A stretch of 64,000 nt of DNA from Candidatus Amesbacteria bacterium GW2011_GWB1_47_19 (GCA_001002325.1 LCNZ01000006.1:130-64129), one strand, 5' to 3'. Shown: positions 28,948 through 38,181, counted from the stretch's first letter. The notes: a model not told the origin generated them from the sequence alone. Made by a program: numbers and translations.

Positions 28948-29000
28948 TACCACCCCCTTCCCCCTCCTAATCTAGGAGGGGGAGATAAAGAGGGTGGTAA
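28948..29000. repeat. 53-nt imperfect palindromic repeat, copy 2
   Basis: About 50 of 53 nt are identical to copy 1, in direct orientation. It lies between the DUF559 start and the trmD start, and supplies the GAGGGTGG Shine-Dalgarno for trmD. Confidence 0.7.
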
Positions 29001-29009
29001 AATCACGGC

Positions 29010-29696
29010 ATGAGAATCGATATTCTGACTTTGTTTCCCGAGCAGTTTGAGGGGGTGTTCAGTTACTCCATTATTAAAAGGGCTCAGGAAAAGGGATTGG
29101 CGGATATAAAACTGCATAATCTGAGAGACTGGGCGACGGATAAATATAAATCCGTTGATGACCGGCCGTACGGGGGAGGAGCGGGGATGATACTGCGAGT
29201 TGATGTAATTGACAAGGCAATAAAAAATATCAAAATTCAAAAACTAAAATTCAAATCAAATTCAAATCCCAAAACTCAAAAAGTAATATTGTTGGATGCG
29301 GGGGGAGATAAGTTTAACCAGAAAAAGGCAGAGGAGCTTTCCGGATGCGAGCATTTGATTATTATTTGCGGGCACTATGAGGGGGTGGATCACCGGGTAC
29401 ATGAGCACATCGCGCAAGAGGTGATTTCCGTCGGTGATTTCGTACTTTCCGGCGGAGAAATCCCGGCAATGATAATTGTAGATAGCGTAGTAAGGCTGAT
29501 ACCCGGAGTGCTGGGGAATCCCGAGTCGCTTTCTGAAGAGTCTTTTTCAGGAGTGACAAAGCAGCAAAGTAGCATAGTGACAGAGTACCCGCAGTATACC
29601 CGGCCGGAGAAATTTAAAGGCTGGAAAGTACCGGAGGTATTATTATCCGGAAACCATAAACAAATCAGAGAGTGGAGGGAGAATCCCCCAGGGTGA
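29010..29696 (+). CDS. trmD: tRNA (guanine37-N1)-methyltransferase
   Basis: '[15 protein letters not shown]', '[13 protein letters not shown]' and '[14 protein letters not shown]...[33 protein letters not shown]' are the TrmD SPOUT motifs. A low-complexity insertion '[20 protein letters not shown]' is present. Confidence 0.9.
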   Translation: MRIDILTLFPEQFEGVFSYSIIKRAQEKGLADIKLHNLRDWATDKYKSVDDRPYGGGAGMILRVDVIDKAIKNIKIQKLKFKSNSNPKTQKVILLDAGGDKFNQKKAEELSGCEHLIIICGHYEGVDHRVHEHIAQEVISVGDFVLSGGEIPAMIIVDSVVRLIPGVLGNPESLSEESFSGVTKQQSSIVTEYPQYTRPEKFKGWKVPEVLLSGNHKQIREWRENPPG

Positions 29697-30249
29697 AGGT
29701 GCGCAGCCTTTGGTAGTGGCTACCGGCGCGGGAGAGAAAACTTTGGTAAAGAGCCAGGCTATCAACAGTAAATGCAGGCAGGGGAATAAATTCCCGGGTT
29801 CTTATCAGATCCATATATTTTTTAGTGGTAGTGGGATCAGTCCGCTTTAACCGGCCGATGGTCAAATGGGGCAGGAAGCGGCGGGGTTGGGGAAACGAGA
29901 GTTGAGATAGAGACAGAGAAAGAGATTTCTGCATCTGCCTGAGCTGTTTCAGGTCACCGGAAAAACCAATGTAAATAAGCGAATTGTCGTGGCGCTGATA
30001 GAGGGTTTCCAAAAACATCGGGGTAAGGGATAAGCCGGTACGGCTGCGGGCAAAGGCGGCCAGGTTCCGGATAACGGGAGTGAAATCATCATCGGCGACC
30101 CGGCCCAGGAAATTTAAGGTGATATGCAACTTTTCCCGGGGTTCCCAGTCGACGGGCAAATTCAGTGACTGCAGCTGTAACTGAAATTCACCCAGAGAGT
30201 CCAGAATAACCTGGGGAGGGGTGATGGCGATGAAAAGTCGGCGAGTCAA
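29665..30249 (-). CDS. thpR: 2H-phosphoesterase, RNA 2',3'-cyclic phosphodiesterase / 2'-5' RNA ligase-like
   Basis: Two H-x-T/S-x motifs ('HITLNF' and 'HLTIGR') about 80 aa apart, within a ~190-aa protein. Confidence 0.6.
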   Translation of the reverse strand: MTRRLFIAITPPQVILDSLGEFQLQLQSLNLPVDWEPREKLHITLNFLGRVADDDFTPVIRNLAAFARSRTGLSLTPMFLETLYQRHDNSLIYIGFSGDLKQLRQMQKSLSLSLSQLSFPQPRRFLPHLTIGRLKRTDPTTTKKYMDLIRTREFIPLPAFTVDSLALYQSFLSRAGSHYQRLRTFTLGDSPSTL

Positions 30250-30524
30250 GAATTTATCAACAGCGTGCCGAAGATCAGGACAGCCAGGAGGGCGATTAAA
30301 ATATATTCGGCAATAATTTTAATATGCAAATCCCGGTGGTCATAGTGATGAATTATACCCCAGACTACATACGAAACCCCCATACTGATGATAATGGCTA
30401 ACTGCATGCGGGGCTGGTGGGCATACCAGAACAAACCCCACAAGCCAATAACCTGTACACACAATAAGGTGAAGTAATGCAGGGGGTGACGGGAGAAATC
30501 TTTTTCAAAAATAATTCTATTCAT
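30246..30524 (-). CDS. small 3-TM membrane protein, hypothetical
   Basis: ATGA overlaps at both ends (30521-30524 and 30246-30249) indicate translational coupling with the CAP-domain gene and thpR. Confidence 0.5.
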   Translation of the reverse strand: MNRIIFEKDFSRHPLHYFTLLCVQVIGLWGLFWYAHQPRMQLAIIISMGVSYVVWGIIHHYDHRDLHIKIIAEYILIALLAVLIFGTLLINS

Positions 30525-31363
30525 ATAATTTGGCCACGAATGAGAGTAATGGCAGCCAGGGCAACCACAGCCAGGAAAATAAAGTGGGCGAAACTTTTAC
30601 TGGTCCAGCGGACTAGCCGCCGACGGTTAACTATGACCACATCCAACAGCAGAACTGCTGCAAACAGTACCAGCAGACTGACGGAAAAAATTTTGGTCAA
30701 TGTAAAAGGTGAAGTGACCGGTGCGGATGTGGGCAGAACTTCCTGAGCTTTAACTGTAAAAGCCGAACCCACTGCCGCAGTCGCTGGAGCCTGCCCCAAA
30801 CGCGTACCGAACATCTGAACGACCAGAGTGGTTTCCCTCCCTCCTAAATTTCCGTCGGCCACAGCCACCCCCATATCCCGATAGCGGTTGGAAAGCATAT
30901 TTTCCCGGTGAGACGGTGAGTTCATCCAGGCTTGGACCACCGAGTCCGGATCCGAAAAATCCCGGGCCAGGTTTTCTCCGGCATAGCGGTAGGAGTAACC
31001 GGCGGCGGTTATAAAAGTCCAGGGCTGGGTTCCGGCAGGTGAGACGTGCGACCAATAATCCCGGGCAAACATATCCGCAGCTTTACGGGCGGCGGCGGCG
31101 GATAACTGCGGGTCCAGCTCCAGAGCCGGCAAGCCCTGGGACTGGCGCTGCTGATTGGTGAGTGTAAGTATCTGTACGGGTTGAATAACGGAGGCATAAC
31201 CCAAAATCCGGGGGTAACGGTAGGATATTTTTCCCACGGCCATCTGAAAAACCAGAACCAGTGACAGAACTACCAAAAGTGATGAAGGGTGGAGAATTTT
31301 TGCGCGCTGATTGTTAGTGTGATGCGGCAGAAAAAGATGCGTAATTACGGACATTAGCTCCAT
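30521..31363 (-). CDS. CAP/SCP/PR1-like (YkwD-type) domain protein, membrane-anchored
   Basis: 'YAGENLARDFSDPDSVVQAWMNSPSHRENMLSNRYRDMGVAV' is the CAP domain signature. N- and C-terminal hydrophobic segments are present. Confidence 0.65.
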   Translation of the reverse strand: MELMSVITHLFLPHHTNNQRAKILHPSSLLVVLSLVLVFQMAVGKISYRYPRILGYASVIQPVQILTLTNQQRQSQGLPALELDPQLSAAAARKAADMFARDYWSHVSPAGTQPWTFITAAGYSYRYAGENLARDFSDPDSVVQAWMNSPSHRENMLSNRYRDMGVAVADGNLGGRETTLVVQMFGTRLGQAPATAAVGSAFTVKAQEVLPTSAPVTSPFTLTKIFSVSLLVLFAAVLLLDVVIVNRRRLVRWTSKSFAHFIFLAVVALAAITLIRGQII

Positions 31364-31420
31364 TATTGGGACTATCTACATCAATGTCAATTGTGATGTA
31401 GTTTTTTGTATTTTGACCGG

Positions 31421-31451
31421 ATTGACAAAGTACCGGTTTCGAAATTATTCT
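31421..31451 (+). promoter_or_regulatory. candidate sigma70-type promoter for the 31548 repeat-protein gene
   Basis: TTGACA at 31421-31426, a 17-18-nt spacer, then TATTCT. Palindromes ctacatca/tgatgtag and tgtcaat/attgaca lie at 31376-31427 in a divergent intergenic region. Confidence 0.3.
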
Positions 31452-31547
31452 TTATAGGCCGACCGCCAACGGAGGCGAGAAACATTTCCTCAATTTTTGC
31501 CTAGAGGTGTTTTTTGGGATTTTTCCACAGAAAGGAGGTGATAAAAA

Positions 31548-32132
31548 ATGAAGTTAATCAAGACTGCTTTAATTTCCGGAGTCTTCGCTGCTTTTGCGGT
31601 ATTACCGGTAATGGCTGATGAGGTGACCATCGCCGACAACGGAGCCAAATCGGATAATACTGTAAAAATCGTTGACGAATCCAGCACCGGCGTATTACAG
31701 GGAAATGCGACCATCGTAGTGACCGTGGCCGAGGTTAAAAGCGACAGCGGTGATAACACTGCCAGCAAAAATACCGGCGGTGACACTACGGTCAAAACCG
31801 GTGACGCGTCCTCTCTTTTGAAAGTAAGTGTGGAAGGCGGATCGAACGAAGCCTCTCTGCCTGAGCCCTGCGGTTGCCCGGATTCCAACGTGGTCAAAAT
31901 CAAAGATAACGGCTACAAATCCGACAACAAAGTCGTAATCAAGGACTCATCGTCAACTTTTGTCGGCCAGGGAAACCTGACTGGAGTACTGACGCTGGCC
32001 AAAGTTGCTTCCGATACCGGAGACAATAAAGCCAATGCCAATACCGGCGGTAATACAAAAATCAAGACCGGTAAAGCCAGTTCCACTTTGAAAGTCAAAG
32101 TGACCGGATCGTCCAATACCATCAATCCGTAG
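31548..32132 (+). CDS. secreted protein with two copies of the ~73-aa TGNG/NTGG/TGDA repeat module (no anchor)
   Basis: Signal peptide 'MKLIKTALISGVFAAFAVLPVMADE', a strong RBS (aaaggaggtg) and two tandem module copies joined by a 'EPCGCPD' Cys pair. Confidence 0.8.
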   Translation: MKLIKTALISGVFAAFAVLPVMADEVTIADNGAKSDNTVKIVDESSTGVLQGNATIVVTVAEVKSDSGDNTASKNTGGDTTVKTGDASSLLKVSVEGGSNEASLPEPCGCPDSNVVKIKDNGYKSDNKVVIKDSSSTFVGQGNLTGVLTLAKVASDTGDNKANANTGGNTKIKTGKASSTLKVKVTGSSNTINP

Positions 32133-32154
32133 CAATACTCGGGTTACGGAAAAT

Positions 32155-32184
32155 AAAAGCCCTGCCCATGGTAGGGCTTTTTTT
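32155..32184. terminator. bidirectional rho-independent terminator
   Basis: The hairpin aaaagccc-tgcccatggta-gggctttt has A/T runs on both sides. It sits between convergent genes that end at 32132 (+) and 32187 (-). Confidence 0.65.
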
Positions 32185-32186
32185 GA

Positions 32187-32819
32187 TCACAAGCGCACGG
32201 GTTTAGCCCTGACAATCAATCGTTTGGAATCCAAAAATCCGGAACAGGTGAAGAGAGTCAAAATTTCGTCGGTGGCCGGGGATATTACTTCCGTCTGGTC
32301 GGGAGACACCAACTTTGTGGTATCCACTGAATACCGGTACCATCGACCCGATGTCAGTAAATATATCCGGTCGCCGGTTTTAATATTTCTCAGGGACACA
32401 AATAACCCTTCCCGAGCGTGGGCGAAAATGACGGTATTTCCGGATTGGCCGGGATTGGCAGAGCCTACACCGTGAGAAGCAGATGTTTCTGACAACTCCC
32501 AATAACCGTTAATGACTTTGGCTTCCACCACCGGCAGGTCGATGTTGATGCCGGGGATTAGAATCCGGACGGGCGGTTGGGGCGGATCGACCGGGGATAA
32601 TAAGCCGGGATCAATGCGGATGGGGCCGGCAACCGCCGGGAGAGAAGGAGCCGGGGAAGGAGCAGGTGATATCCCGGGTGTAGTAACTGAGATAACCGGT
32701 GCCGAATCTACCCGGCGGTATAGTTGGGGGAAGAAAGCCAGAAGAACGCCGGTGACGATCAGACTGATTTTGACAGCTTTTCGGGGAAAACGCTGTAATA
32801 TTTGGCGCAAATTAAGCAT
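32187..32819 (-). CDS. sortase (transpeptidase), membrane-anchored
   Basis: 'VIFAHA' His motif, 'LTLFTCSGF' (TLxTC active-site Cys) and a downstream Arg. The start is the ATG at 32819 (MLNLRQ...) rather than the long upstream extension. It overlaps the upstream gene's 3' end by 61 nt in another frame. Confidence 0.75.
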   Translation of the reverse strand: MLNLRQILQRFPRKAVKISLIVTGVLLAFFPQLYRRVDSAPVISVTTPGISPAPSPAPSLPAVAGPIRIDPGLLSPVDPPQPPVRILIPGINIDLPVVEAKVINGYWELSETSASHGVGSANPGQSGNTVIFAHAREGLFVSLRNIKTGDRIYLLTSGRWYRYSVDTTKLVSPDQTEVISPATDEILTLFTCSGFLDSKRLIVRAKPVRL

Positions 32820-33379
32820 AGCGCTCCAGCCAGATAAAAAGCGTATTCGGAAAATCCTGCGGGTCCAGCGGTAGCTGACAGGCCCAAAACCTGAGTACCC
32901 CCCGTCCCCCCTCCCCCATCTCCGGATGACGAGCCTCCGGATGAAGAAGGTGATGATGAACCGGTGTTGTTTTGGGGCAGGCTTCCCGGGTCCGGAACAG
33001 GTGTGGAAGTAGGGTTGACGGCCGATCCGGGATCGGGAGTGATCTCCGGTGCGGGAGTGGCACAGCAATCGGTTTTGACGAAATTGGTGTTGAAAAAGTT
33101 TTTGATATCCACCTCTGTAGTTGCATCCCCGGTTTGGATCACGGCGTTGCCGGAATTTCCCGAAGCGGAATTACCCCCGGTATTGGCTGATGATTTGATA
33201 TCGTTCACCACATCGATACTGTTTCCCTGCCGGACATTTATTGATGATCCCGACTGAACGACAATACTGTTTTCCGATCCGCCACCATTGCCGGTGATAG
33301 TCAGCTCCTGGGCAAAAACCAGGCGGGATATTCCGGAAAGAGTGAGAAGAAAAACTACAAAAATAATTATCCTTGGCAT
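32759..33379 (-). CDS. secreted repeat-module protein with C-terminal TM and charged tail (sortase-substrate-like)
   Basis: Signal peptide, one TGNG...NTGGN...TGDA...DCC module, a Pro/Ser/Gly linker, then 'LSATAGPAG'-[TM]-'KYYSVFPEKLSKSV'. Confidence 0.65.
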   Translation of the reverse strand: MPRIIIFVVFLLTLSGISRLVFAQELTITGNGGGSENSIVVQSGSSINVRQGNSIDVVNDIKSSANTGGNSASGNSGNAVIQTGDATTEVDIKNFFNTNFVKTDCCATPAPEITPDPGSAVNPTSTPVPDPGSLPQNNTGSSSPSSSGGSSSGDGGGGTGGTQVLGLSATAGPAGFSEYAFYLAGALCLICAKYYSVFPEKLSKSV

Positions 33380-33416
33380 ATGTCCGGCAGGTCCTCGACC
33401 GGCTCGGGCAAGAAGT

Positions 33417-35624
33417 TCAGAGGGGCAAGCGGCGAAGTTTGAGTAGGCCGAGTATACCAGCGGCCGGAATGATTAGCAACAACCAAGCTAAATTGATATG
33501 AATTATTTTTCGACTCAATCCGGAGGGTGCGGGGGTAATGATCACATCCCGCAGATCTCCGGCAGTGAAACTGGCGATCAAGGCGTCGGGTTTGGATTCA
33601 CTGTCGATCGCGAAAACTCCGGGTTTCCTGCCCAGGAGGCGGCGAATACCGGATTTGATTGTGGCTGTTTGGCCGGGGTTGGAAGGAGTTTGTGATGTCA
33701 GGACAGAAATAGCCGGTGCGGTAGTGGGAGCAGATGACTCCTGTAAATCGGCCCCACCGACGGCCGGTTCAGACACGGGATTAGAAATATTTTCGGATTG
33801 AGCAGTGACCGGTAGATCCGGGTTCGGGGTTTTCTTTTGTCCGGATGTAACAAAGTCTCCCAGCCAACTGCCGAAGACGTTGACTACCGATACCACCAGC
33901 CGGCCGCCTCCTGTAATGTTGTTGTTGACGAAATTAACCAGATTGGCAATTATCTGGGCGTCTCCGGTAAGAATTCCGTTGGAACCACCGGTGTTGTAGC
34001 TGGCGGAATTTCCGCCGGTATTGGCGGAAAGCTGTAAATTGTTATTCAGATCGGCAGTATTGGTCTGGGTTGTGGTGTTGGTAGTAGCGGTATCCACATT
34101 GGTGGTGTTGACCGAGCCGGCGCCGTTGCCGCTGTTAACGGCTGTAATTTCACCGTTGGGGCCGACGGCGAATTGGGTACCGGGAGAACCGGCATAATTG
34201 GTGCCGTCGGGTGATCCGAAAATCTTTCCGATCCAGTTTCCGGCTTCATTAACCAGCACCAGCCACCAAGTACTCCCGGACACGTTGGAATTGGCCACGT
34301 TCAGAACGGAGGCGGTGACGGAAGTGTCTCCCGTGGAAATCAGGTTGTCCCCGCCGGTGTTACCGGTGGTCTGGTTGGAACCGGTATCGGCATCCAGGAC
34401 CAGATTGTTATCGATATTAGCCAGGTTGGACTGATAGGTAGAGTCGGTGACGGTTGTATTGACGTTGGCGGTATTGACCGAACCAGCCCCATTATCCGTG
34501 TTGGCGACGGTAACATTCTGACCGCAGCAGGGGCCGAATTGTTCCTCCGGGAAGACGATGTCCCCTATCAGATCACCGTAAATATTAATCACACCGTAAA
34601 CCACATTACCGGTAATATTGTTGTTGGCAAAAGTTAAAGCGCTGGCGGAAACATTGGCATCACCGGTAGTGATCAGGTTATCACCTCCGGTGTTGAAGTT
34701 TGTCTGATTTCCTCCGGAATCCGCAGACAAGATCAGGTTGTTACCTACAGTGGCATCATTATTCTGGAATGTCGTGTTAGTGGTACTGGCTGTCAGATCG
34801 GTAGTATTGGTTGAATCCGCTCCATTCCCTGTATTGGCCAGTGTGACATCATTCCCCCCGCAGCCGGATATACAATTGGCTGCGAAGTCCAGCACATAGT
34901 CTCCCTGATGATCGTCAACAATGTTAAATTCAGATACGCTGACTCCGGCGAGATTGGTGTTCACCGAGGTGATGGCCGTGCCCGAAACATTGGCATTACC
35001 GGTTTGAATAAGCGAATTACCCACATTCATCGAGGCGGAATTGTCGCCGGTATTACTGGTCTGGTTTAAGTCGTTGGATACTGAAACGGAATTATTCTGG
35101 GTGGTGGAATTGGTGTCGGAAATCTGCATCGAGCCGGTGTTGTCCGAGCCGGCGCCATTGCCGGTGTTGGATATACTTATGCCTCCCCCGGTACCGGTGG
35201 GAGTTACAGCCAGGTTGGTGTTGGCTTCGGAAATGACGATGCCCGAATTGTCGGCATCGCCGGTAGCGATGATGGTATCTCCAGTCTGTCCATTTTGTAC
35301 CACGCCATCAACCGGCGTAGGTGTCGGGTTTGAATCGGATGCGATTACAACCGGTGCGGTGGTAGGTGCGGGGTCGGAAACTGCAGAAGTAGGAGAGGGA
35401 TCAGCGGGAGCGGGGGCAATAGTCGGGGAAGCCTGGGTGATAGTCGGCTGGGGAACAGCCGTGGGTGCGGGAGGGGGGGTATCCGCCGGCGGAGGCGGCG
35501 GGGGGGGCGGGGGAGGAGGGGCTTCCTGAGCCCGGATCGGAAGGACCTGAACCAGCAAAATGCCGCAGAGAGCGACGACAGACAGCAGTTGCTGAACAAA
35601 TCTCAATTGCTTTTTTATTAACAT
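33417..35624 (-). CDS. large secreted surface protein with about five TGNG/NTGG/TGDA modules, a poly-Pro N-terminal stalk, and a C-terminal TM plus basic tail
   Basis: 735 aa. Signal peptide, then 'PPPPPPPPPPPPADTPPPAP', then repeated 'NTGNGAGS.NT...Q.N....NTGG.N.I.TGDA.V.A....ANNNITG' units. The C-terminus is 'ITPAPSG..[TM]..KLRRLPL'. Confidence 0.75.
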   Translation of the reverse strand: MLIKKQLRFVQQLLSVVALCGILLVQVLPIRAQEAPPPPPPPPPPPADTPPPAPTAVPQPTITQASPTIAPAPADPSPTSAVSDPAPTTAPVVIASDSNPTPTPVDGVVQNGQTGDTIIATGDADNSGIVISEANTNLAVTPTGTGGGISISNTGNGAGSDNTGSMQISDTNSTTQNNSVSVSNDLNQTSNTGDNSASMNVGNSLIQTGNANVSGTAITSVNTNLAGVSVSEFNIVDDHQGDYVLDFAANCISGCGGNDVTLANTGNGADSTNTTDLTASTTNTTFQNNDATVGNNLILSADSGGNQTNFNTGGDNLITTGDANVSASALTFANNNITGNVVYGVINIYGDLIGDIVFPEEQFGPCCGQNVTVANTDNGAGSVNTANVNTTVTDSTYQSNLANIDNNLVLDADTGSNQTTGNTGGDNLISTGDTSVTASVLNVANSNVSGSTWWLVLVNEAGNWIGKIFGSPDGTNYAGSPGTQFAVGPNGEITAVNSGNGAGSVNTTNVDTATTNTTTQTNTADLNNNLQLSANTGGNSASYNTGGSNGILTGDAQIIANLVNFVNNNITGGGRLVVSVVNVFGSWLGDFVTSGQKKTPNPDLPVTAQSENISNPVSEPAVGGADLQESSAPTTAPAISVLTSQTPSNPGQTATIKSGIRRLLGRKPGVFAIDSESKPDALIASFTAGDLRDVIITPAPSGLSRKIIHINLAWLLLIIPAAGILGLLKLRRLPL

Positions 35625-35729
35625 TTTTTAAAAATTTATAATTTCTAATTACTAATTTCTAAATAATTTTTTTGAGTTTGCGAGGTGGTCTGTTGAAGTG
35701 CTAACAGACTCACCCCACAAACATCAAAA

Positions 35730-36986
35730 TTAGACTAAACCGAGCCAACCCATTAATTGACCCAGATTCAACGTGATGTTGAAATCGAAATCAAAATCGG
35801 ACCAGTTCGGTAATTCAGGCCAGTCAATGCCGGCACCTTCACCGTAAACGTTGACGTTACCGGAATTTTCTACAGCTACGTGATCCCAGGCATCACCTGT
35901 GAGTATTGCCGGATCTCCTTCCGGATCCCCGGTATTCTGATCAACATCGTTTTTGCCGGTATCAGAGTCGCCATCAAGGTAGTTTTTGAGGAGAGCAAAA
36001 TTGCCTGCCCCATCGTAACCTTGGTTAACCCACAAATCATTGCCCAATTTGGCGTAAATATCATTATCGGTTTCGGCTCCGTTCACACCGATCTTGGCGA
36101 GAAGATCGACTACACAACCACAATCAACGTCGGCTGAATTGAAGTTGACCATATTATCCACTTCAATCCAAGTCTTGGCGTTTCCGGTGTGAAGTAAAAC
36201 ATCACCTCCGGTATTCTGGTTGGCGTCGTTGTCGCCGGTATCGGCATCGGCATCAACTTCGTTGAATACTTTTGCTGAATTCTCCTGGTTCAGAGTTATG
36301 TCCTGATCCAGTTTGAGATAGATATCGTTGATGGATTTGTATCCGTTACCAACGATTTCAGCCGAAAGCTCTGAACCTGATTGGCCACCACTTCCAACCT
36401 GGACTTCGTTTGCGTTGGCGATAGTGGAGATTTCAACTTTGGCTTTGGCATTGCCGGTGGCTACCAGCACTTCACCCCCAGTATTCTGGTTGGCGTCGTT
36501 GTCGCCGGTATCGGCATCAGCATCTACATCATTCTTGACAAAAGCTTTGTTGTACTGATCAACATAAATGTCACCATAATCTTTGATCGTGGCGTCATTG
36601 TCTGTTTCAGCACCGTTTTCAGAAATGAGTATATGGGTATCCCCCAAGTCACAACAATCAACGCTGGCAATGTTGGAGTTTAAAAGGTTTGAAACCGCCA
36701 CTTTGGTGGAGGCATCACCTGTTAAAACACCCACGCTACCCCCGGTATTCTGATTTGCATCGTTATTCCCGGTATCGGCGTCGCTTTCAACTTTGTTGAT
36801 GACGATAGCTGTATTTTCCTGGTAAACCGTAGTGTCACCAGTAAACTTGACAGTTGCATCGTTTGTGGAGTTATACCCGTTTCCCGTTATTTCGATTGTG
36901 GTTTCAGCCAGTGCGGGAGTTACCAAGCTTAGAAACATGGTACCCGCAGAAGCTGCAGCCAACAATCTTTTTGAAAATTTTGTCAT
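35730..36986 (-). CDS. secreted protein with four TGNG...DADTG(D/N)NDANQNTGG...TG(D/N)A...DCC modules (no anchor)
   Basis: Signal peptide 'MTKFSKRLLAAASAGTMFLSLVTPALAE' and RBS aaaggaggtgag. The 'DADTGDNDANQNTGG' core recurs three times exactly. Confidence 0.8.
   Translation of the reverse strand: MTKFSKRLLAAASAGTMFLSLVTPALAETTIEITGNGYNSTNDATVKFTGDTTVYQENTAIVINKVESDADTGNNDANQNTGGSVGVLTGDASTKVAVSNLLNSNIASVDCCDLGDTHILISENGAETDNDATIKDYGDIYVDQYNKAFVKNDVDADADTGDNDANQNTGGEVLVATGNAKAKVEISTIANANEVQVGSGGQSGSELSAEIVGNGYKSINDIYLKLDQDITLNQENSAKVFNEVDADADTGDNDANQNTGGDVLLHTGNAKTWIEVDNMVNFNSADVDCGCVVDLLAKIGVNGAETDNDIYAKLGNDLWVNQGYDGAGNFALLKNYLDGDSDTGKNDVDQNTGDPEGDPAILTGDAWDHVAVENSGNVNVYGEGAGIDWPELPNWSDFDFDFNITLNLGQLMGWLGLV
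36210..36520. repeat. intragenic near-identical DNA repeats (39-nt identical cores at 36210-36248 and 36482-36520; diverged third copy at ~36744-36780)
   Basis: 'gtattctggttggcgtcgttgtcgccggtatcggcatc' occurs twice verbatim inside the 35730-36986 gene. It encodes the DADTGDNDANQNTGG core. Confidence 0.8.
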
Positions 36987-37279
36987 TTGTATTTTCTCAC
37001 CTCCTTTCGGTTTATGATTTTCCCCTTTGATAAACTCCGGGGAAGCACTTCGACTCCTCCAAATAAACGGAGGCCTCTTTTTCCTTCCGCCAGTTGGCGG
37101 GAAGACTAAGAAGCCTCCGTTTGCGGTCAGCTTTAATTTTTTAAAGTCGAGAGTCGTAACTTCTAAATCCGGGGCAGTTGATTCAGATTATGAAGTTTTT
37201 AACGCTTTTATATTTTGAATTATCTTATAATTGTTTAGTATATACCGGACCGTTTGTCAAGTATCAACAGACATTTCTG

Positions 37280-37480
37280 TTAGTGTGGCTTTGCCGTTAC
37301 CTGCGACTTACCAAGAGTTTTTTTTATATTGCGGACTGTAATTTGAGTAACCATGTTGTCCTGGACGAATATTTCCAGGCTGCCAAATCCCTGAATTGTT
37401 TTTAAAGAATGGATAATTTCATCAATTAAAGATTGTGACAAAATCTGAGTAGAGTACTTATTCAGGGGTTTGGCGCTCAT
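37280..37480 (-). CDS. YezD/DUF2292-like small protein
   Basis: The 66-aa 'IHSLKTIQGFGSLEIFVQDNMVTQITVRNIKK' resembles the YezD core. An ATGA overlap at 37477-37480 with the upstream gene supports it being translated. Confidence 0.45.
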   Translation of the reverse strand: MSAKPLNKYSTQILSQSLIDEIIHSLKTIQGFGSLEIFVQDNMVTQITVRNIKKTLGKSQVTAKPH

Positions 37481-38181
37481 TGTAAATTCAAATCCACTGT
37501 GGATTTTTCACCTTCAATTTCTCCGATCATAAGTTTTAAATTTTTATCCGAATCATTTATCGGAAACCCCAGTCGCGTGTATTTGGTGGAAGTGGGCTGG
37601 ATGATAACCGGATCGTTATGTATTTCCGGAGCTAATAATTCGGCAGTATTGTCATTGACGGTTAATCGGAAATAATCTTTGGCGTTGATTTCCAAAGCCC
37701 GGGCAAAAGTGCTGGTTATTTTTATCGTTAGTATAAGAAATGACCGGCCTTCGACCGATGTCGCTCTTTGACCTTTGACAATAATTTCATTGCGAAGTTC
37801 TGCCAATTCAAGCAGAAATTTCACCTCGGTTACTGTTTTTCCTTTTGAATCATTCAGTGGAAACAGAAATTCCTGATTCAGTTGCTGAGAAGCTGTAGGA
37901 CCCGCTATGACTACCCTGCCGTCTGCAGAAATGTTTGTCCTGGATATTGTTTTTTTGGCAGTTACCCTGCGTAATACTCCCAAAATCCACCAAATGGTAA
38001 TACCGGCAGTAATAATAAGGATAAGTAAAGGAAGAGTCTTTTTCAATCGCCAGCGTCGTAAATTTAGCCTGTAGGTTAAAGCCTGTCTGATGCGAACCGG
38101 ATAGTCTCTAAAAGATAAAGTCATGATCTGTCTAAAAAAACAAAAACTGCCTTTTGGCAGTTTGGGTCTGAATGCTAACAA
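37477..38181 (-). CDS. single-pass membrane protein with extracytoplasmic beta-rich domain, hypothetical
   Basis: One TM ('LPLLILIITAGITIWWILGVL') then ~170 aa. The start could also be the internal Met at 38124. Confidence 0.5.
   Translation of the reverse strand: MLAFRPKLPKGSFCFFRQIMTLSFRDYPVRIRQALTYRLNLRRWRLKKTLPLLILIITAGITIWWILGVLRRVTAKKTISRTNISADGRVVIAGPTASQQLNQEFLFPLNDSKGKTVTEVKFLLELAELRNEIIVKGQRATSVEGRSFLILTIKITSTFARALEINAKDYFRLTVNDNTAELLAPEIHNDPVIIQPTSTKYTRLGFPINDSDKNLKLMIGEIEGEKSTVDLNLQ

Noticed and set aside
35041-35529. Plus-strand 162-aa ORF ending in a poly-Gly run (GGGGGGGGGGGAS), and other antisense ORFs across 33.4-35.6 kb
   Set aside because: They are antisense shadows of the poly-Pro and repeat-coding minus-strand gene. 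Compositional bias creates long open frames.
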